Below, in pieces: positions 23,807-34,500 of a stretch of DNA of 64,000 nt. The translations under genes and the position numbers were made by a program. The stretch's first letter is position 1; every line of letters begins with the position of its first letter. The notes under the pieces were generated by a model. That model saw only the letters and a list, made by a program, of their open reading frames with translations, had not been told where the DNA came from and did no database searches. The DNA comes from a virus, in IMG/VR virus record IMGVR_UViG_3300006187_000001, one strand, 5' to 3'.

Positions 23807-25064
23807 CGCCTAGGTTCATCTCTCGCGCCAAGCGACCGATCCCTAGTTGGCTTAGGTGACTTGGCATTCCGTGCCCTTTTAGATCATCGAATCTATCGCC
23901 CATTCGATTGACTGCGGAAGTGAATTTGTCGGCAGCGTTGTCGATCTTTTCCGCCGCTGATTTCATTGGTTCAGACTTCTGATCACCAGAGTCCATTAGC
24001 TTAGATAATCCATACATCGCGCCACCAACTATCGCTCCACCCATGAAGATTCTGCCAAGAGCAGATAAGTCTCCGGCCATGAATTCGGCTATGGCTGTCT
24101 TCACTCCAAGGTCTAATGCCGCAGCGGCTGCCATTCGAAAAGCTGCTTGAAGTTTTCCGACAACTCCAACAACAAGAGCGACCGCGCCGCCAAAAGCGGT
24201 CATCGCCACGATCCAATTCGGGACGCCTCCGAGAATGTCGTTCAGATTGCCCCACCAATTCGCGAACAGCGTCAGCAACTCGACACCCATAGTAAGGACT
24301 GGAAGTAGTTGCTCAGCAATCGGATAGATCACTCGTTGAAGAAGAGTCTCGCCCGCCATGTCACTGGCAAACGAGAACCTTTGGATAGCCTGGCTTGCCC
24401 CCGTATCGTAACTATCCGCCAGTTCCGTTACTGCTCGGCGTTGGTCGCTCGTGAGGCGAAGAAGCGGAAGCAACGACTCGGCGCCTTTTTCACCGAAGAT
24501 CTCCGCCATGATCTGTGTCTTTCGGAGGCCGTCTTTCATCGTGCCAAGCCGTTCCGCGACCTGATTAAAGATGTCCAGGCCCGATGCGTTGGGATTTGGC
24601 ATGATCCCCAACCGTGAAAGTCCGGCTTGCCCCTGTGCGGTGAAGACCGACCTCGAGGGTCTGGCAAGATCCTTAACGACCGAAGCATCAAGTCCGGTGA
24701 CTCGCCCAAGGACGACAGCTCTCGCTGAGTCCTTAAGCGATGACCCCGTCAACTGCGATAGATTCATCACCTTCGTCGCAAAGTCGACATACGAGTCGGT
24801 CATCTTTGTGATGGCGAAGGCGACGATCGTGAACGCGCCAGCGAGCTTCGCCGCCCCCTTCAGGTTCTCGTTGATTACGTCTCGTGCGGCGACACGTGCC
24901 TCTTCGTAAGCTTGCTTCATCTCCTTGGCGCCAGAGGTCGTGTGAAACCTGTTCATCGCCGCCGCATAGCGTTCTTGCGCTGTGGACAGCTTGTTGAACG
25001 CTCCAAGGACCTGGTCTGCGCCAGTGGCCAGGAAGACGGTGACAAGTCGATCTGCGTGTGTCAT
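23796..25064 (-). CDS. tail tape measure protein
   Basis: QIMAEIFGEKGAESLLPLL core motif, Ala/Gly-rich hydrophobic C-terminal segments, and a position just after the G/GT chaperone. Short at 422 aa. Confidence 0.75.
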   Translation of the reverse strand: MTHADRLVTVFLATGADQVLGAFNKLSTAQERYAAAMNRFHTTSGAKEMKQAYEEARVAARDVINENLKGAAKLAGAFTIVAFAITKMTDSYVDFATKVMNLSQLTGSSLKDSARAVVLGRVTGLDASVVKDLARPSRSVFTAQGQAGLSRLGIMPNPNASGLDIFNQVAERLGTMKDGLRKTQIMAEIFGEKGAESLLPLLRLTSDQRRAVTELADSYDTGASQAIQRFSFASDMAGETLLQRVIYPIAEQLLPVLTMGVELLTLFANWWGNLNDILGGVPNWIVAMTAFGGAVALVVGVVGKLQAAFRMAAAAALDLGVKTAIAEFMAGDLSALGRIFMGGAIVGGAMYGLSKLMDSGDQKSEPMKSAAEKIDNAADKFTSAVNRMGDRFDDLKGHGMPSHLSQLGIGRLAREMNLGAIG

Positions 25065-25662
25065 GCGAAGGGTAGCCTCGACGCTTTAATGCGTTGGTGA
25101 TGAAGAACGAGACGGAACGCCTCTCGGCGAGTTAAGCCCTTGAGGGCACGACGGGGGATGTTGCCAAGTAGATCTAAGCAGGCTTCTTCGATCGCGACCG
25201 AGATGTCGTCCGCTTCGATCCTTTTTTTTCGGAGGCCATTTCCCCTTGAATGGTCGCAGCATCCATCGAGGTTTCTTGCGCTAGCCACTTGAAGATTTCC
25301 TCCATCTTGGCAACGCCAACCTTACGCCCGAACATCGCCCATTCGTCGATCGACAATTTGGGCACCGCAACTTTAGCAAGAAGCGCAAGGGAGGCCAAGT
25401 AGATAGGATTTCTGACGGTGAAAGCTTCGCCAACCGGTGGCTGAACCTTGAGGGGTTCTTTCTTCAAAATGAATTCGCTGGACTGGCTGGAATACTCGTA
25501 GAAGTGGTCAGCCTCATCCATCACGTTCGGGTCCAACGTGATCGGCCATTCACGTCCGTTAGCAACGAAGACCTTCGAGACAACGGGACGTTGTGGAAGC
25601 TCGGTGGCGGCGAGGATATCTCCCAATCCCCAAGGGTTCGGAGTTGTTTGATTCTCTTCCAT
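25061..25662 (-). CDS. tail assembly chaperone GT-like product made by -1 programmed frameshift
   Basis: Frame 0 reads ..GAA AAA AAA GGA... A -1 slip on A AAA AAA continues as KKRIEADD... to a TGA at 25061-25063 that overlaps the tape-measure ATG (ATGA). Confidence 0.6.
25174..25662 (-). CDS. tail assembly chaperone (G-like, frame 0 product)
   Basis: 162-aa ORF between the tail tube and tape measure, containing a slippery A run near its 3' end. Confidence 0.65.
   Translation of the reverse strand: MEENQTTPNPWGLGDILAATELPQRPVVSKVFVANGREWPITLDPNVMDEADHFYEYSSQSSEFILKKEPLKVQPPVGEAFTVRNPIYLASLALLAKVAVPKLSIDEWAMFGRKVGVAKMEEIFKWLAQETSMDAATIQGEMASEKKGSKRTTSRSRSKKPA
25222..25229 (-). other. slippery sequence (A8 on the coding strand)
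   Basis: T8 on the plus strand at 25222-25229, forming an X XXY YYZ type heptamer A AAA AAA in frame 0. Confidence 0.7.
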
Positions 25663-25664
25663 AA

Positions 25665-26120
25665 TTATGCGTACACGATGCTGTCGCCGTTGAAGACCCC
25701 GCCAACGTAGGGGCCAACATTCTCGATGTCAAGAGACTCCGAAGCAGCTTCTTTATTGCGTTCGTAGGAAGCCTCCGAGATACCTCCAATGAGATATATC
25801 GTCCCACCACCTTGGACTTCCGTGAACTGGATGTAAATATAGTCATCATTGATGCCGAGAGCCAAAGCAGTCGAACCACCCGTCCGAACGACATTTGAGA
25901 GATTGGCTTTCCAGTCATATGTGGTCCGCCGTTTCTCTTTGATCTGACCAGACGATGGAGTGACATCCACCCAATCGTTGGAGATGGTGACTTTGATGTC
26001 CTTCCATACACCATAAAAACTGATTTGATTTCCAAAGACAAACGAGCCGTTTGCCAAGTCGTCACCGCCGGATTGGACGAGGTACACGTAGGCATCACGG
26101 CCAACAAGAACTTTGCTCAT
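25665..26120 (-). CDS. major tail (tube) protein
   Basis: 151 aa, beta-rich, immediately upstream of the chaperone pair. No sheath gene is present. Confidence 0.55.
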   Translation of the reverse strand: MSKVLVGRDAYVYLVQSGGDDLANGSFVFGNQISFYGVWKDIKVTISNDWVDVTPSSGQIKEKRRTTYDWKANLSNVVRTGGSTALALGINDDYIYIQFTEVQGGGTIYLIGGISEASYERNKEAASESLDIENVGPYVGGVFNGDSIVYA

Positions 26121-26132
26121 GATTAGGATCTC

Positions 26133-26609
26133 CTATTTGCTGTAAGCGCGGCGTTGTGCCTCGCGGAATCGGTTGAAGAACTTCTGATCTTCGACTCGGT
26201 GAATGGCCTCGATAATGGGTCGATGCCGCATCTTGTCCGTCCCTTCCATGGCCTTGGAGTAAGGCGCATCGTTCCAAAGCACGACGATCATGCGGTGAGG
26301 TGTGAAGGCTCCCGAGCTTCGCCAAGAGCTATCGAATAGACCTTCTTGCTTGTTGATGATGGCGAGGTTTCCGCCGTTTGGCACTGGCCCGCGAGGACCT
26401 CGCCAGTTCGACCTTCCATACCCGTACGGGTGATTGAGACCAGGTGGCGGTTTCGATAACTCTGCTGTGCTGGTGGTACCGTGACTGAATGAGTGAGCCG
26501 CAAACTCCACGCTGCCTCTTGAGGCAAGAGTGGCCCGCTGAAGCTCTTTTTTGAGTGCGATCGCCCGTTCGCGATTGATCTTCGCCAAAGCGGCTGCGTT
26601 CGTCCTCAT
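26133..26609 (-). CDS. neck / tail-completion protein
   Basis: Call is by position between the connector genes and tail tube; ATGA overlap with the upstream gene. Confidence 0.45.
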   Translation of the reverse strand: MRTNAAALAKINRERAIALKKELQRATLASRGSVEFAAHSFSHGTTSTAELSKPPPGLNHPYGYGRSNWRGPRGPVPNGGNLAIINKQEGLFDSSWRSSGAFTPHRMIVVLWNDAPYSKAMEGTDKMRHRPIIEAIHRVEDQKFFNRFREAQRRAYSK

Positions 26610-26944
26610 GTCCTCATCTCGGCGCCCAGAAGAAACACTTCCGCACCGTTCACGTGTAGGCCCTTTAGGTAGTCGTTCGCAACCTGGCGGGCTCGATCAA
26701 ACATCCAATCGAGAAGCTCTTTTAGCCTTGGGTCAAGAACCTTTGGCCCATCCCAATGCATACAGCAACTTCCCGCTTGGTCAAACGAGAACGCCGCAAG
26801 ATGCGATCTCGCCAAGTCATCGTTGAGACGAGTAGTAACTCGAAAGTCATAGTCGGTTTCCGAGAGAGACTTGACCAAGACAATCGGGGTAGCAAACATC
26901 GCCGCCCGAGCATTCGCGCGTTCAATTTGAGGGGTGAGAATCAT
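26606..26944 (-). CDS. head-tail connector protein
   Basis: ATG at 26944 overlaps the upstream TGA (ATGA); call is by position. Confidence 0.45.
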   Translation of the reverse strand: MILTPQIERANARAAMFATPIVLVKSLSETDYDFRVTTRLNDDLARSHLAAFSFDQAGSCCMHWDGPKVLDPRLKELLDWMFDRARQVANDYLKGLHVNGAEVFLLGAEMRT

Positions 26945-28878
26945 AGGACAAGGGAATCCTCGATGTAACACTCGATCGAGAGGACCGAGATGGTTATCTC
27001 GCGTTGTTTGTGTTGGGACGCAAACCGCTGCTGATACTCGTTTCGGCGATCATATGGCGTACTGACGACTCGTGTCTCGTAGGCACTGGCCTCCGGCGTC
27101 TCGCCAAACATCTGATAGTCGGCAAGGATCCGCTGCTGAAGCGCAAAGAGCTCCTCGCGTTGTCTTTGGGCGTTATCGATGCCAGCCAGAGTCTTCCGAA
27201 CGATGACGATGTCGACCGGCACGACATGCGCCACATCTTGAACGGCGAGATCAATTTCCGAAGGCGACTTCGCGACGATCACCGCGTAGTCGAGCTTTAG
27301 CTCTTCGCCGACCGTACCGTCAGGCAGGGCCTCTGGAATCCCAGTCAGTCCGGGAAAGACCGACTTGATGTTGTATCGAATCGCGGGTATCAAGCCGCGG
27401 TGGTTGCTTCTGCTGACTACCGCAAGTCCTTGACCATTGCGGAACTCTACGGAGTTCACGTGCGCGACCGCTTCGACTCCGCCAAGTTGATGACCCATCG
27501 AGAATCCAATGGTCTCGATGTTGTTTCTCGTCTCCGAGGCAGTCAAAGAATGCGCTTGAGCAAATGTCGCCTGGGACACGAGCTTTGCCAGGTCAATGAC
27601 GCCCACGCCATGGGCATTCCGCACCGATCCACTCGCCGGCGTGATGATGACGTCGGCAGGTGATAGGAATTGACCGCCATGGCGGACGGAAATCGTCTCC
27701 GTGACCGTGAAACCGGTGTCTAGGCTGAATTGTCCGCCATTCTTGAATGAGACTGCATCAACGACCGAAATAGGCGCGGTGAGCGTAAACCGCCCGCCGT
27801 GCTTTAGGATCGGAGTCTCAACTGCTCGGATGAGATCTGCCGAGCCTAGCCTATGAGCATTGCTGAACGACGCTGATGTGATCCAAGCCCCGGCCTCAGA
27901 TTGTTCAACACGCTGAGCGTTTTGAAATTCAACGGTGTCAGTGATCTCGATCGACGACGATCCACCGAATATTTGTCCGTTCTTAAAGGAAGGCGTTTCC
28001 GTGGTCGCAATGGACGAAGAACTTGCAAACCGATGTCCCTGCAGGAAGGATAGAAACTCGTAAGCAATGCTCCCGCCAGGCGTATAGGCGCTGATTGCTA
28101 CCAACCGCTGAGCGTTCTTAAAAGCCAGACTCTCGGAGATTGCAATGCTTGAGTTGTTTGCCCAGCCGATTCCGTTGTTGAAGGATACGGTTTCAGTTCC
28201 GCTTACTGGCGGTGGACCTTCGATCGAGAAGAACTGTGCGTTACCAAACGACACAGTTTCTTCATAAAATCCTGGAGTCGAAAGAGAGTCGGTCGCGGTG
28301 AAGGCTTGTGCGTTGCTAAACGATATGTTTTCCGCTGATCCACCGGATGCGGTTACACGCGGAATCTTGGAATAGGCAGTAAGAGCAAAGCCGCCATAGA
28401 TGAGTTTGAAGTCGAATGTGTCGCCAGGCGAGACGTCCGCACTCCGTAGTTGAAAACAAAACTCAACCTCATTGTCGGAGCCCGGCGCCATAAACACCGA
28501 ACTCGAAACGCCCGTTGTTTCCCACGCGCCTACCGACGCAAAGGTGTTTGATCCATATTGAGTGAGTTGGCGAGTGATCGTGTCGCCATCCGCAAAGTGT
28601 GACGACAAGCTCGCGCGAACGTTCGTCGATGCGCCCGTTACGTTGTTGTAAGAACCTCCGTTCTTGGAATACTGAAGTTGAACGACGCCAGGCGGCGGGC
28701 TGATGCCAGCTCCGACCGCGGTGTCCGAAATGACAAATCGAAGCCGAATATTCGTATCAAGCGAAGCCGAGATATCGACATCTTCAGCCGCCGACCATGT
28801 TGCCGGGTCCGCCGTGCCGTCGTCGTTCGCAAATCGCGCGTGACGCTGATCGAATTGTGTCGGCCCTCCTGCTGGCAT
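26941..28878 (-). CDS. virion protein with ~15 degenerate 20-22 aa tandem repeats
   Basis: Repeats of type ETVSFxNAQxF.... (ENISFSNAQAF, ETVSFGNAQFF, ESLAFKNAQRL, ETPSFKNGQIF, DTVEFQNAQRV, DAVSFKNGGQF, NSVEFRNGQGL ...) lie between distinct N- and C-terminal domains. Confidence 0.6.
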   Translation of the reverse strand: MPAGGPTQFDQRHARFANDDGTADPATWSAAEDVDISASLDTNIRLRFVISDTAVGAGISPPPGVVQLQYSKNGGSYNNVTGASTNVRASLSSHFADGDTITRQLTQYGSNTFASVGAWETTGVSSSVFMAPGSDNEVEFCFQLRSADVSPGDTFDFKLIYGGFALTAYSKIPRVTASGGSAENISFSNAQAFTATDSLSTPGFYEETVSFGNAQFFSIEGPPPVSGTETVSFNNGIGWANNSSIAISESLAFKNAQRLVAISAYTPGGSIAYEFLSFLQGHRFASSSSIATTETPSFKNGQIFGGSSSIEITDTVEFQNAQRVEQSEAGAWITSASFSNAHRLGSADLIRAVETPILKHGGRFTLTAPISVVDAVSFKNGGQFSLDTGFTVTETISVRHGGQFLSPADVIITPASGSVRNAHGVGVIDLAKLVSQATFAQAHSLTASETRNNIETIGFSMGHQLGGVEAVAHVNSVEFRNGQGLAVVSRSNHRGLIPAIRYNIKSVFPGLTGIPEALPDGTVGEELKLDYAVIVAKSPSEIDLAVQDVAHVVPVDIVIVRKTLAGIDNAQRQREELFALQQRILADYQMFGETPEASAYETRVVSTPYDRRNEYQQRFASQHKQREITISVLSIECYIEDSLVL

Positions 28879-28929
28879 AGTGGTTTCTCGACTGAGAAGA
28901 GGTGCCGGGAGAATGATTCTCCCGGCTTA

Positions 28930-29370
28930 CTAGCCCTGGGTGTCGAGCCAGTTCATGTTGACGGTGATCTGCGACCCATTCGTGACGTTGTACGTCGTCG
29001 AGAGGGGAGCCGATCCAATGAGAACGCCCGTGTTATCGCTTGTAGACGCCAATGAGGCGTGCGTGATGCCGGAGAAAGTTCCAGTGAAGGTGAATGTCTG
29101 CGCCGCGACCGTGAGCACAGAATCCGCACCACTGAGCGACTCGGGGAAGTTTGTGGCGTTGAACGCGATCGTCTTTCGCGCGTAACCCGCGCCCGAGACT
29201 TCGTTCAGGTTTGAGGTGAGAGTGTCGGCGGCGGCGGCGTCACTCGGCCGTCCCGAGTTTCCGTCTAGCTGCCGAAGCAACATGTACAGATTGGCAGGAC
29301 GGGCCGTCGATCCATTGAGGATCTGGTTGACCCACCGGCGTCCGACCGTGTGCATGATTTGACTGCCCAT
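28930..29370 (-). CDS. conserved phage structural protein
   Basis: 146 aa. NEVSGAGYARKTIAFNA...FTFTG.FSGITHASL resembles a widespread phage virion-protein pattern; function unknown. Confidence 0.45.
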   Translation of the reverse strand: MGSQIMHTVGRRWVNQILNGSTARPANLYMLLRQLDGNSGRPSDAAAADTLTSNLNEVSGAGYARKTIAFNATNFPESLSGADSVLTVAAQTFTFTGTFSGITHASLASTSDNTGVLIGSAPLSTTYNVTNGSQITVNMNWLDTQG

Positions 29371-29425
29371 GATAGGTTCTCCTTAGAGTTGGGATTGCTC
29401 GCCGGGTGGGTTCCCGTCGAAATCG

Positions 29426-29803
29426 TTAGGCGATGCCATCTGGAAGGACCTTTAGGAACTCCAGTAGAACGCGAATGTGAGCGGTTTCCTCGAAGCGGGC
29501 ACGTACAGCAGGTTTGCCACGAATAACCCAGCACTCGCCTGACTGATCCTGGATGACGCGGCCATTCTTGATGTCCGTGCGATTAGCGTTCGTAACCTCA
29601 AAGTAGGCGATGGCGGCTAGAGTGGCGTCCATTCCAATGGCCAGAGCGGAGTCTTCGGCTTGGCGACCACCGCGGTGGATGTTGCAAGGGATTCCACCTC
29701 TGAGTAACTCCGCTGCTTCGGGAAGCACGTTGAGAGTCGCATCGATTTGCAACTCCGTCGTGTAGAGCTTCACCTGCTCCGTAAATCGGTCGGCAACTGG
29801 CAT
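29426..29803 (-). CDS. head-tail adaptor-like protein
   Basis: 125-aa ORF in the connector block; call is by position only. Confidence 0.4.
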   Translation of the reverse strand: MPVADRFTEQVKLYTTELQIDATLNVLPEAAELLRGGIPCNIHRGGRQAEDSALAIGMDATLAAIAYFEVTNANRTDIKNGRVIQDQSGECWVIRGKPAVRARFEETAHIRVLLEFLKVLPDGIA

Positions 29804-29807
29804 GGCG

Positions 29808-30476
29808 CTAAAAACTCGTTTGGCCGTCTCGGGTCACGATCTCGCATCCACAATTGAAGTAGCACGGAGTCTTGCACTCACCAGGAACGGTCGGCATCGC
29901 GGACTTCGAAATAAACCCTCGCGCGGCCAGTTCGGGACATGTGAAGTCGAATCCCTGCGTCGGTTGGCAGTGTTCCTTTTGACCGAGTTGCCACATCACC
30001 AGCGTGGTGAATGGGATGTTGTCGAACCATGCCCGATTTGCCGTTCCTCTGATTCGCTTCGAATAGTTGAAAAGCCTCGTGTTGATTGGATCCGTCCGGA
30101 TCGATCCGTCTGGGTTCGTGTAGCGACCGTCGACGATGTCACGTTGCAGGCTTTCAAAAAACTCCTGTTGTTCGAGGACGATGGCCTCGGCCGCTTTGGT
30201 CTGCACTTCAGTCGAAGGGATCAGGCCAGCTTTGACCATTCCCATTCCATACGCAGTTTCGTGCGCGTCCTTGATGATCGCCTGAACACGTCCAGACCAC
30301 TGAAGGAAGTCGATTTCGCGATCGCGGAGCATGCTCGTGGTGTCGAACATGCGATTCCCGATCAGCTGGATTAAGATCGGGAGGAACAGGATGAGGACCT
30401 TATCGCGATCTTCCTTCTCCAAACCGTCTTCGTCCTCTTCTTCATTGATGACGTACTGGTAGGGCGGAGCGGTCAT
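29808..30476 (-). CDS. minor head protein, SPP1 gp7 / Mu F-like
   Basis: The C-terminal part with ...C(x)nC...CYFNCGCEIV resembles the gp7/MuF H-x-NCRC type end. Confidence 0.5.
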   Translation of the reverse strand: MTAPPYQYVINEEEDEDGLEKEDRDKVLILFLPILIQLIGNRMFDTTSMLRDREIDFLQWSGRVQAIIKDAHETAYGMGMVKAGLIPSTEVQTKAAEAIVLEQQEFFESLQRDIVDGRYTNPDGSIRTDPINTRLFNYSKRIRGTANRAWFDNIPFTTLVMWQLGQKEHCQPTQGFDFTCPELAARGFISKSAMPTVPGECKTPCYFNCGCEIVTRDGQTSF

Positions 30477-30478
30477 GG

Positions 30479-31480
30479 TTAGCCTCCAACCGCGTACGGT
30501 CGAAATCTGAAGTATCGATCGAACTTCTCTTGCCGCATCTTCGCCTGCTCCTGAAGAGCATCCGCGGCCTTGGCAAGATCCACCGACTCATCGCCTTCTT
30601 TGTAGGATCCTTGTCGGCCAAGAGTGACGGCTCGCTGCGAGAGCGCTTTAGCTGCGCAAAGATCGATGATCGCATCGAGATCCGCGTCAGGAATGGTCTC
30701 GACCGTCTGTTGCGCGTTGTAATAAAAATCGAGTGTAAGGTCAGCAACCGGAACCGGCGTGATCTGTAGGATCGGTTGACCAGCCAGCGAGAATCGAAAG
30801 GTCACGCCAGATGGAAGAATATTCGCATTCGGATTTCGCCAGTATCCGGGATACGGAATGGCTCCGCGAACGTTCTGCGAAGCGTTTGGCGTCGGCCCAA
30901 CAAGTCTCATCGCGTTGGTGTACGACGAATCGTAATAGGAGGACGTCTTCTTCACCAATGCCTTAGCACCGATGGCGATGTCCAGCGATTCCTGATCTGG
31001 CGATACGAAATCTGCCGGTAGCTCATAGGTGTCGACACCCGCGAGAATCTGCAATCCAACCGTCGGCTTGGTTACATAGGCGCCACGGGCATTGGTTTTC
31101 GTCGCTGCGCCAAACGTAATCCGAGTTGGAGCGCCAAGCGGGACCGGATACGAAGTGTCTGGCTCGACTGCTGTTAGTGTTAGCGTTTCTTGGCTTGCTC
31201 CAAGGCCGACCTTGACCAGGTCACCTACGGACCACGGGCCGCCGGTCACAGTAATCGAGGTGTCACCTGGGGCCAAGGAATCTTGAAGGATGCCCGCTCC
31301 GATCCGCCGCTGCACAGGGACGTACCGCGAGTACTCCCGAATCGCAAGAGCAATGGCCGACGCCCGCGCATCATCGCCAAACTTCGACCCGGTGGGGTCA
31401 TCGAGCGACGACATCAGCAATTGATCGAGACGGGTGTAATCCATGAGGATAGGAAAGGCCGTAGTCGGATTTCCGACCAC
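30479..31480 (-). CDS. phage head-associated structural protein
   Basis: 333-aa ORF directly downstream of the capsid gene. Confidence 0.45.
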   Translation of the reverse strand: MVGNPTTAFPILMDYTRLDQLLMSSLDDPTGSKFGDDARASAIALAIREYSRYVPVQRRIGAGILQDSLAPGDTSITVTGGPWSVGDLVKVGLGASQETLTLTAVEPDTSYPVPLGAPTRITFGAATKTNARGAYVTKPTVGLQILAGVDTYELPADFVSPDQESLDIAIGAKALVKKTSSYYDSSYTNAMRLVGPTPNASQNVRGAIPYPGYWRNPNANILPSGVTFRFSLAGQPILQITPVPVADLTLDFYYNAQQTVETIPDADLDAIIDLCAAKALSQRAVTLGRQGSYKEGDESVDLAKAADALQEQAKMRQEKFDRYFRFRPYAVGG

Positions 31481-31501
31481 GGCCTTGGTGAGTGTCCGGC
31501 G

Positions 31502-34500
31502 TTACCGGAGGATGATCGTCTTGGCGACTGGGTTGATGATGTTCCCGCTCTGGTCCTGCACTTGCGGCGTGCAGAGGACCGAGTTCTCTTCGCCGTAGTA
31601 GACCTCTTTGGCGATGATCAGACCGTTCGCATCGTAGCTTGGGTACGGTCCCTTGAGTTCGAAGGGAGTGTCGATGCCGTACTTCGTCGAACCCTTTCGA
31701 GTGAGAAGGATTCGTCGATCGAGGCCGTTCCACGGAGCGTTGATGCGCGCCATGTTGATTCCGGTTCGCCCGCCGAAGTACTCGGGCGTCGGGAAGAGTT
31801 CCGATCCCTTGGGCGAGTTGAGCTGATAGAACAACGTTGCCCGCGTGATGTTGGTGGACGCCACCAAGCTCATAACCGCGAGGTTAGGCTTGCTGTACCG
31901 AGGAGCACTTCCCATAACCGCCGCAGTGTTGTCGAACTGCCCAAGCAATCCATTCAAGTACTGCTCGTAGGTGATGCCCGTCCCAAGCGTGACGTTGTTG
32001 ATCTGGAAGTTGTCGAAGTTCGTCGCGTAAGCGTAACTGATAGTGGCCGTGCCACCCGTCAGGACGCCCGCGCCATTGCCCCAACCTGCAGCCGTATAGC
32101 CAGCCGCGTTGAAGACGACAACTCCATTCTCCCAGTCCACCGCGTAGGTCGGTGAGGCCAACCCAGGGATCTGCTGGATTGCCTTGTTGACGTCAAGATA
32201 TCCCATGACCTGAGCGCCCGCACCACCGATGGTGATCGGATTCTTGGTCGTGGTCGTGACCTGACCCGTCGCATTGAGATCCGTCTGCACTCGGGGGCGA
32301 ACGATCGGATCAGAACCATACGCGGTGCCCATGTACGGGGCCGACGTTCCGTTACCTCGAGTCTTCACGCGGATGCCAGCAACCACGCCCGCGCCGTAGG
32401 TCGCGTAAGCGTCCGTGGCAAGGACAACCGCACCGCTGGCAACCTTGGTCGGGTTCAGGTTCACGGTCACGCCGCCGGCAGCGTTGTAGCTGGACTGGTT
32501 GGCGAGAGACGGCGATTCAGCCGCCACCGTGACCGCACCATATTCGTCGGAGATGGCCAGCATCTCATCAAGAATTCCCTTATCAACACGGCGGCTCTTG
32601 TCGTATCCAAGATGGAAGAGCGTTCGCCCAACGACGCCGTAGTTCGCCGGACCGTTCCCCATCGCCTTGATCGCATCGCGAGTCATCGATGCGGCGATGC
32701 GTCTCCATGCAGGCGCAAACGACAGCCACACCGTCTTGACCGTTCCTTCGTCGATACCTGATCCTTCAGGTGTGAAGAGGCCCGCGTCGAAGGTTCCACT
32801 CGCGGCGCCGTAGCCCGCTGGATTGGAGTAATACTCGACCGGAACGCGGAGAACTTGGCCGATACCTCCAACCGATTGTTCCCAACCCACGCTACCCGAG
32901 GCCCGCATCCCGGGACCGATGCCCTGAACGAAGTCCAGGCTCTGCATGTCCTGGAAGCTTTGAATGATAAATGCGTTTGCGATCGTCGGCTGATTGAACA
33001 GCTGGCTCGTGGTCGTCGCGTCACCGCCCACCAATTTTTGCATTCCGTCGAAGAACGCCTTGTCGGAGAAGTTCGCCTCGCCGTCGATTCGCTTAAACCA
33101 GGCCTCGACCGAGTCGCACCCGGCGCGGCTAACGGCAAGTTCCTCGACAATTCGATCGGTGAACTTTCGGTTGTGCTCACGTCGCTTCTTGACATCAGGA
33201 TCATCGGGATTGATGTCGTGAGACGTTGCGCGGCAGTGATCGTCCGCCGCTGCGAGGATCTTATCGACGCCTTCCATCCACGGCTTAGCCGTCGATTTCA
33301 CGCGAGCGTTAGCGCTTGCTGGATCGTTCACGGTGTCTCCCTTGACGAAGCCAAGCTTCGCCAATCGTTCGGGGGCGAGGATCTTCGAGAGTGACTCGAT
33401 TTCGTCGTCGACGAGACCGGAGACCGACTCAGCACTTTGAGCGAGCTTTCGAACTCGACCGACAATGTGATCTCGCTGCTCGGTCGTGAGCTTCTCAAGT
33501 CGCTTATCGTCCTTTAGGGAATCGACCGCGGCCTGAATCTCCTCGTCTCGCTTCTTGTCGGCTTCGGCCTTTTCCGCGTCGCTCAGGAGCTTCTTGACCT
33601 TGTCGGCCTCTTCCTTTGTAAGCACTGGAGCGGGAGCCGCATCAGCCTTCATGCTCCCCTGCGAGTTCGGAACCGTGGCCGTGTTCGTAGCCGGGTCAGG
33701 ACCGCGTCCATGCCGCTCGATTTCAGATCCCCAGCCGGGCCCGCCATTGCCAACCTGCGAAGCGAAAAGGAACGTCGGAGGCGTGCGATCGGGCACGTAA
33801 CCACCTTCAGCCATGTCCGCTTCAAGACGCAACGCGGAAGGAATTTCCGCGGAGAGGTCTTCTTTCGAGTCGTGCGCCAAGACGAGCGCGTCGTAGAACG
33901 CCGTTCTGGCCGTCAGCACTTCCTGCTGTGGCGCCTTCTTGGTGATCAATTGCGCCACGGCTTCGCGAAGGCGCTTAAGTGTTTCGTTCATTTTGGGTTT
34001 GTCCTCCGCCGCAGAGTCACGGCGCTCGATTTCGTCTTCGCAAGCCTCAAGCTCTTGAAGCACTTCGTCTTTGAGCAGCACGAATTCGCCTGCTCCGGTG
34101 GTAGCGGGATTGTCGACATCGTCGACGGTTAGAAAAGTCTGCTCATCGGCAACAAAGACGCGTTTGCCCTGGGCCGATCGAAACCGGCCTTTCATCTTCC
34201 AGCGGACGGAAACGCCAGGTGGGTTGCCACGTCGATAGGCGTCGGCGAGTTCGCGGCCCTTCGGTGTATCGAGGATCGTTCGAGTCCCCCAAACCCAGCC
34301 GTCTTCGCCAACATCCTCGATGTCGTCGACACGGGCCGTTGTGTTTTCGGGATTGGCGACGTATTTCTCTTGGCCACGGACACGAACGACGTCCGGGTGT
34401 CGCCGCTCGCTGAGCATCGCTCCTGCGCGAGCTACTCGCCGTCCTTCATCTACAGAAGCTTGGAGCGACTGACGGGGGTAAAGGCGTGCGTTCTGGTTGA

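Noticed and set aside
27381-28335. Periodic ~63-bp repeats as a possible CRISPR array or satellite
   Set aside because: The repeats are degenerate at the DNA level, lie in-frame within one long ORF and conserve amino-acid motifs. They are coding tandem repeats, and no spacer-repeat structure is present anywhere in the window.
31190-32155. 321-aa plus-strand ORF overlapping the capsid and neighbouring gene
   Set aside because: It is antisense to two tightly packed minus-strand structural genes, has an Arg-rich composition and no motif, so it is a shadow ORF. The same reasoning applies to 16042-16728, 18805-19395, 29802-30374, 32855-33394, 35998-36510, 44843-45367 and 48025-48564.
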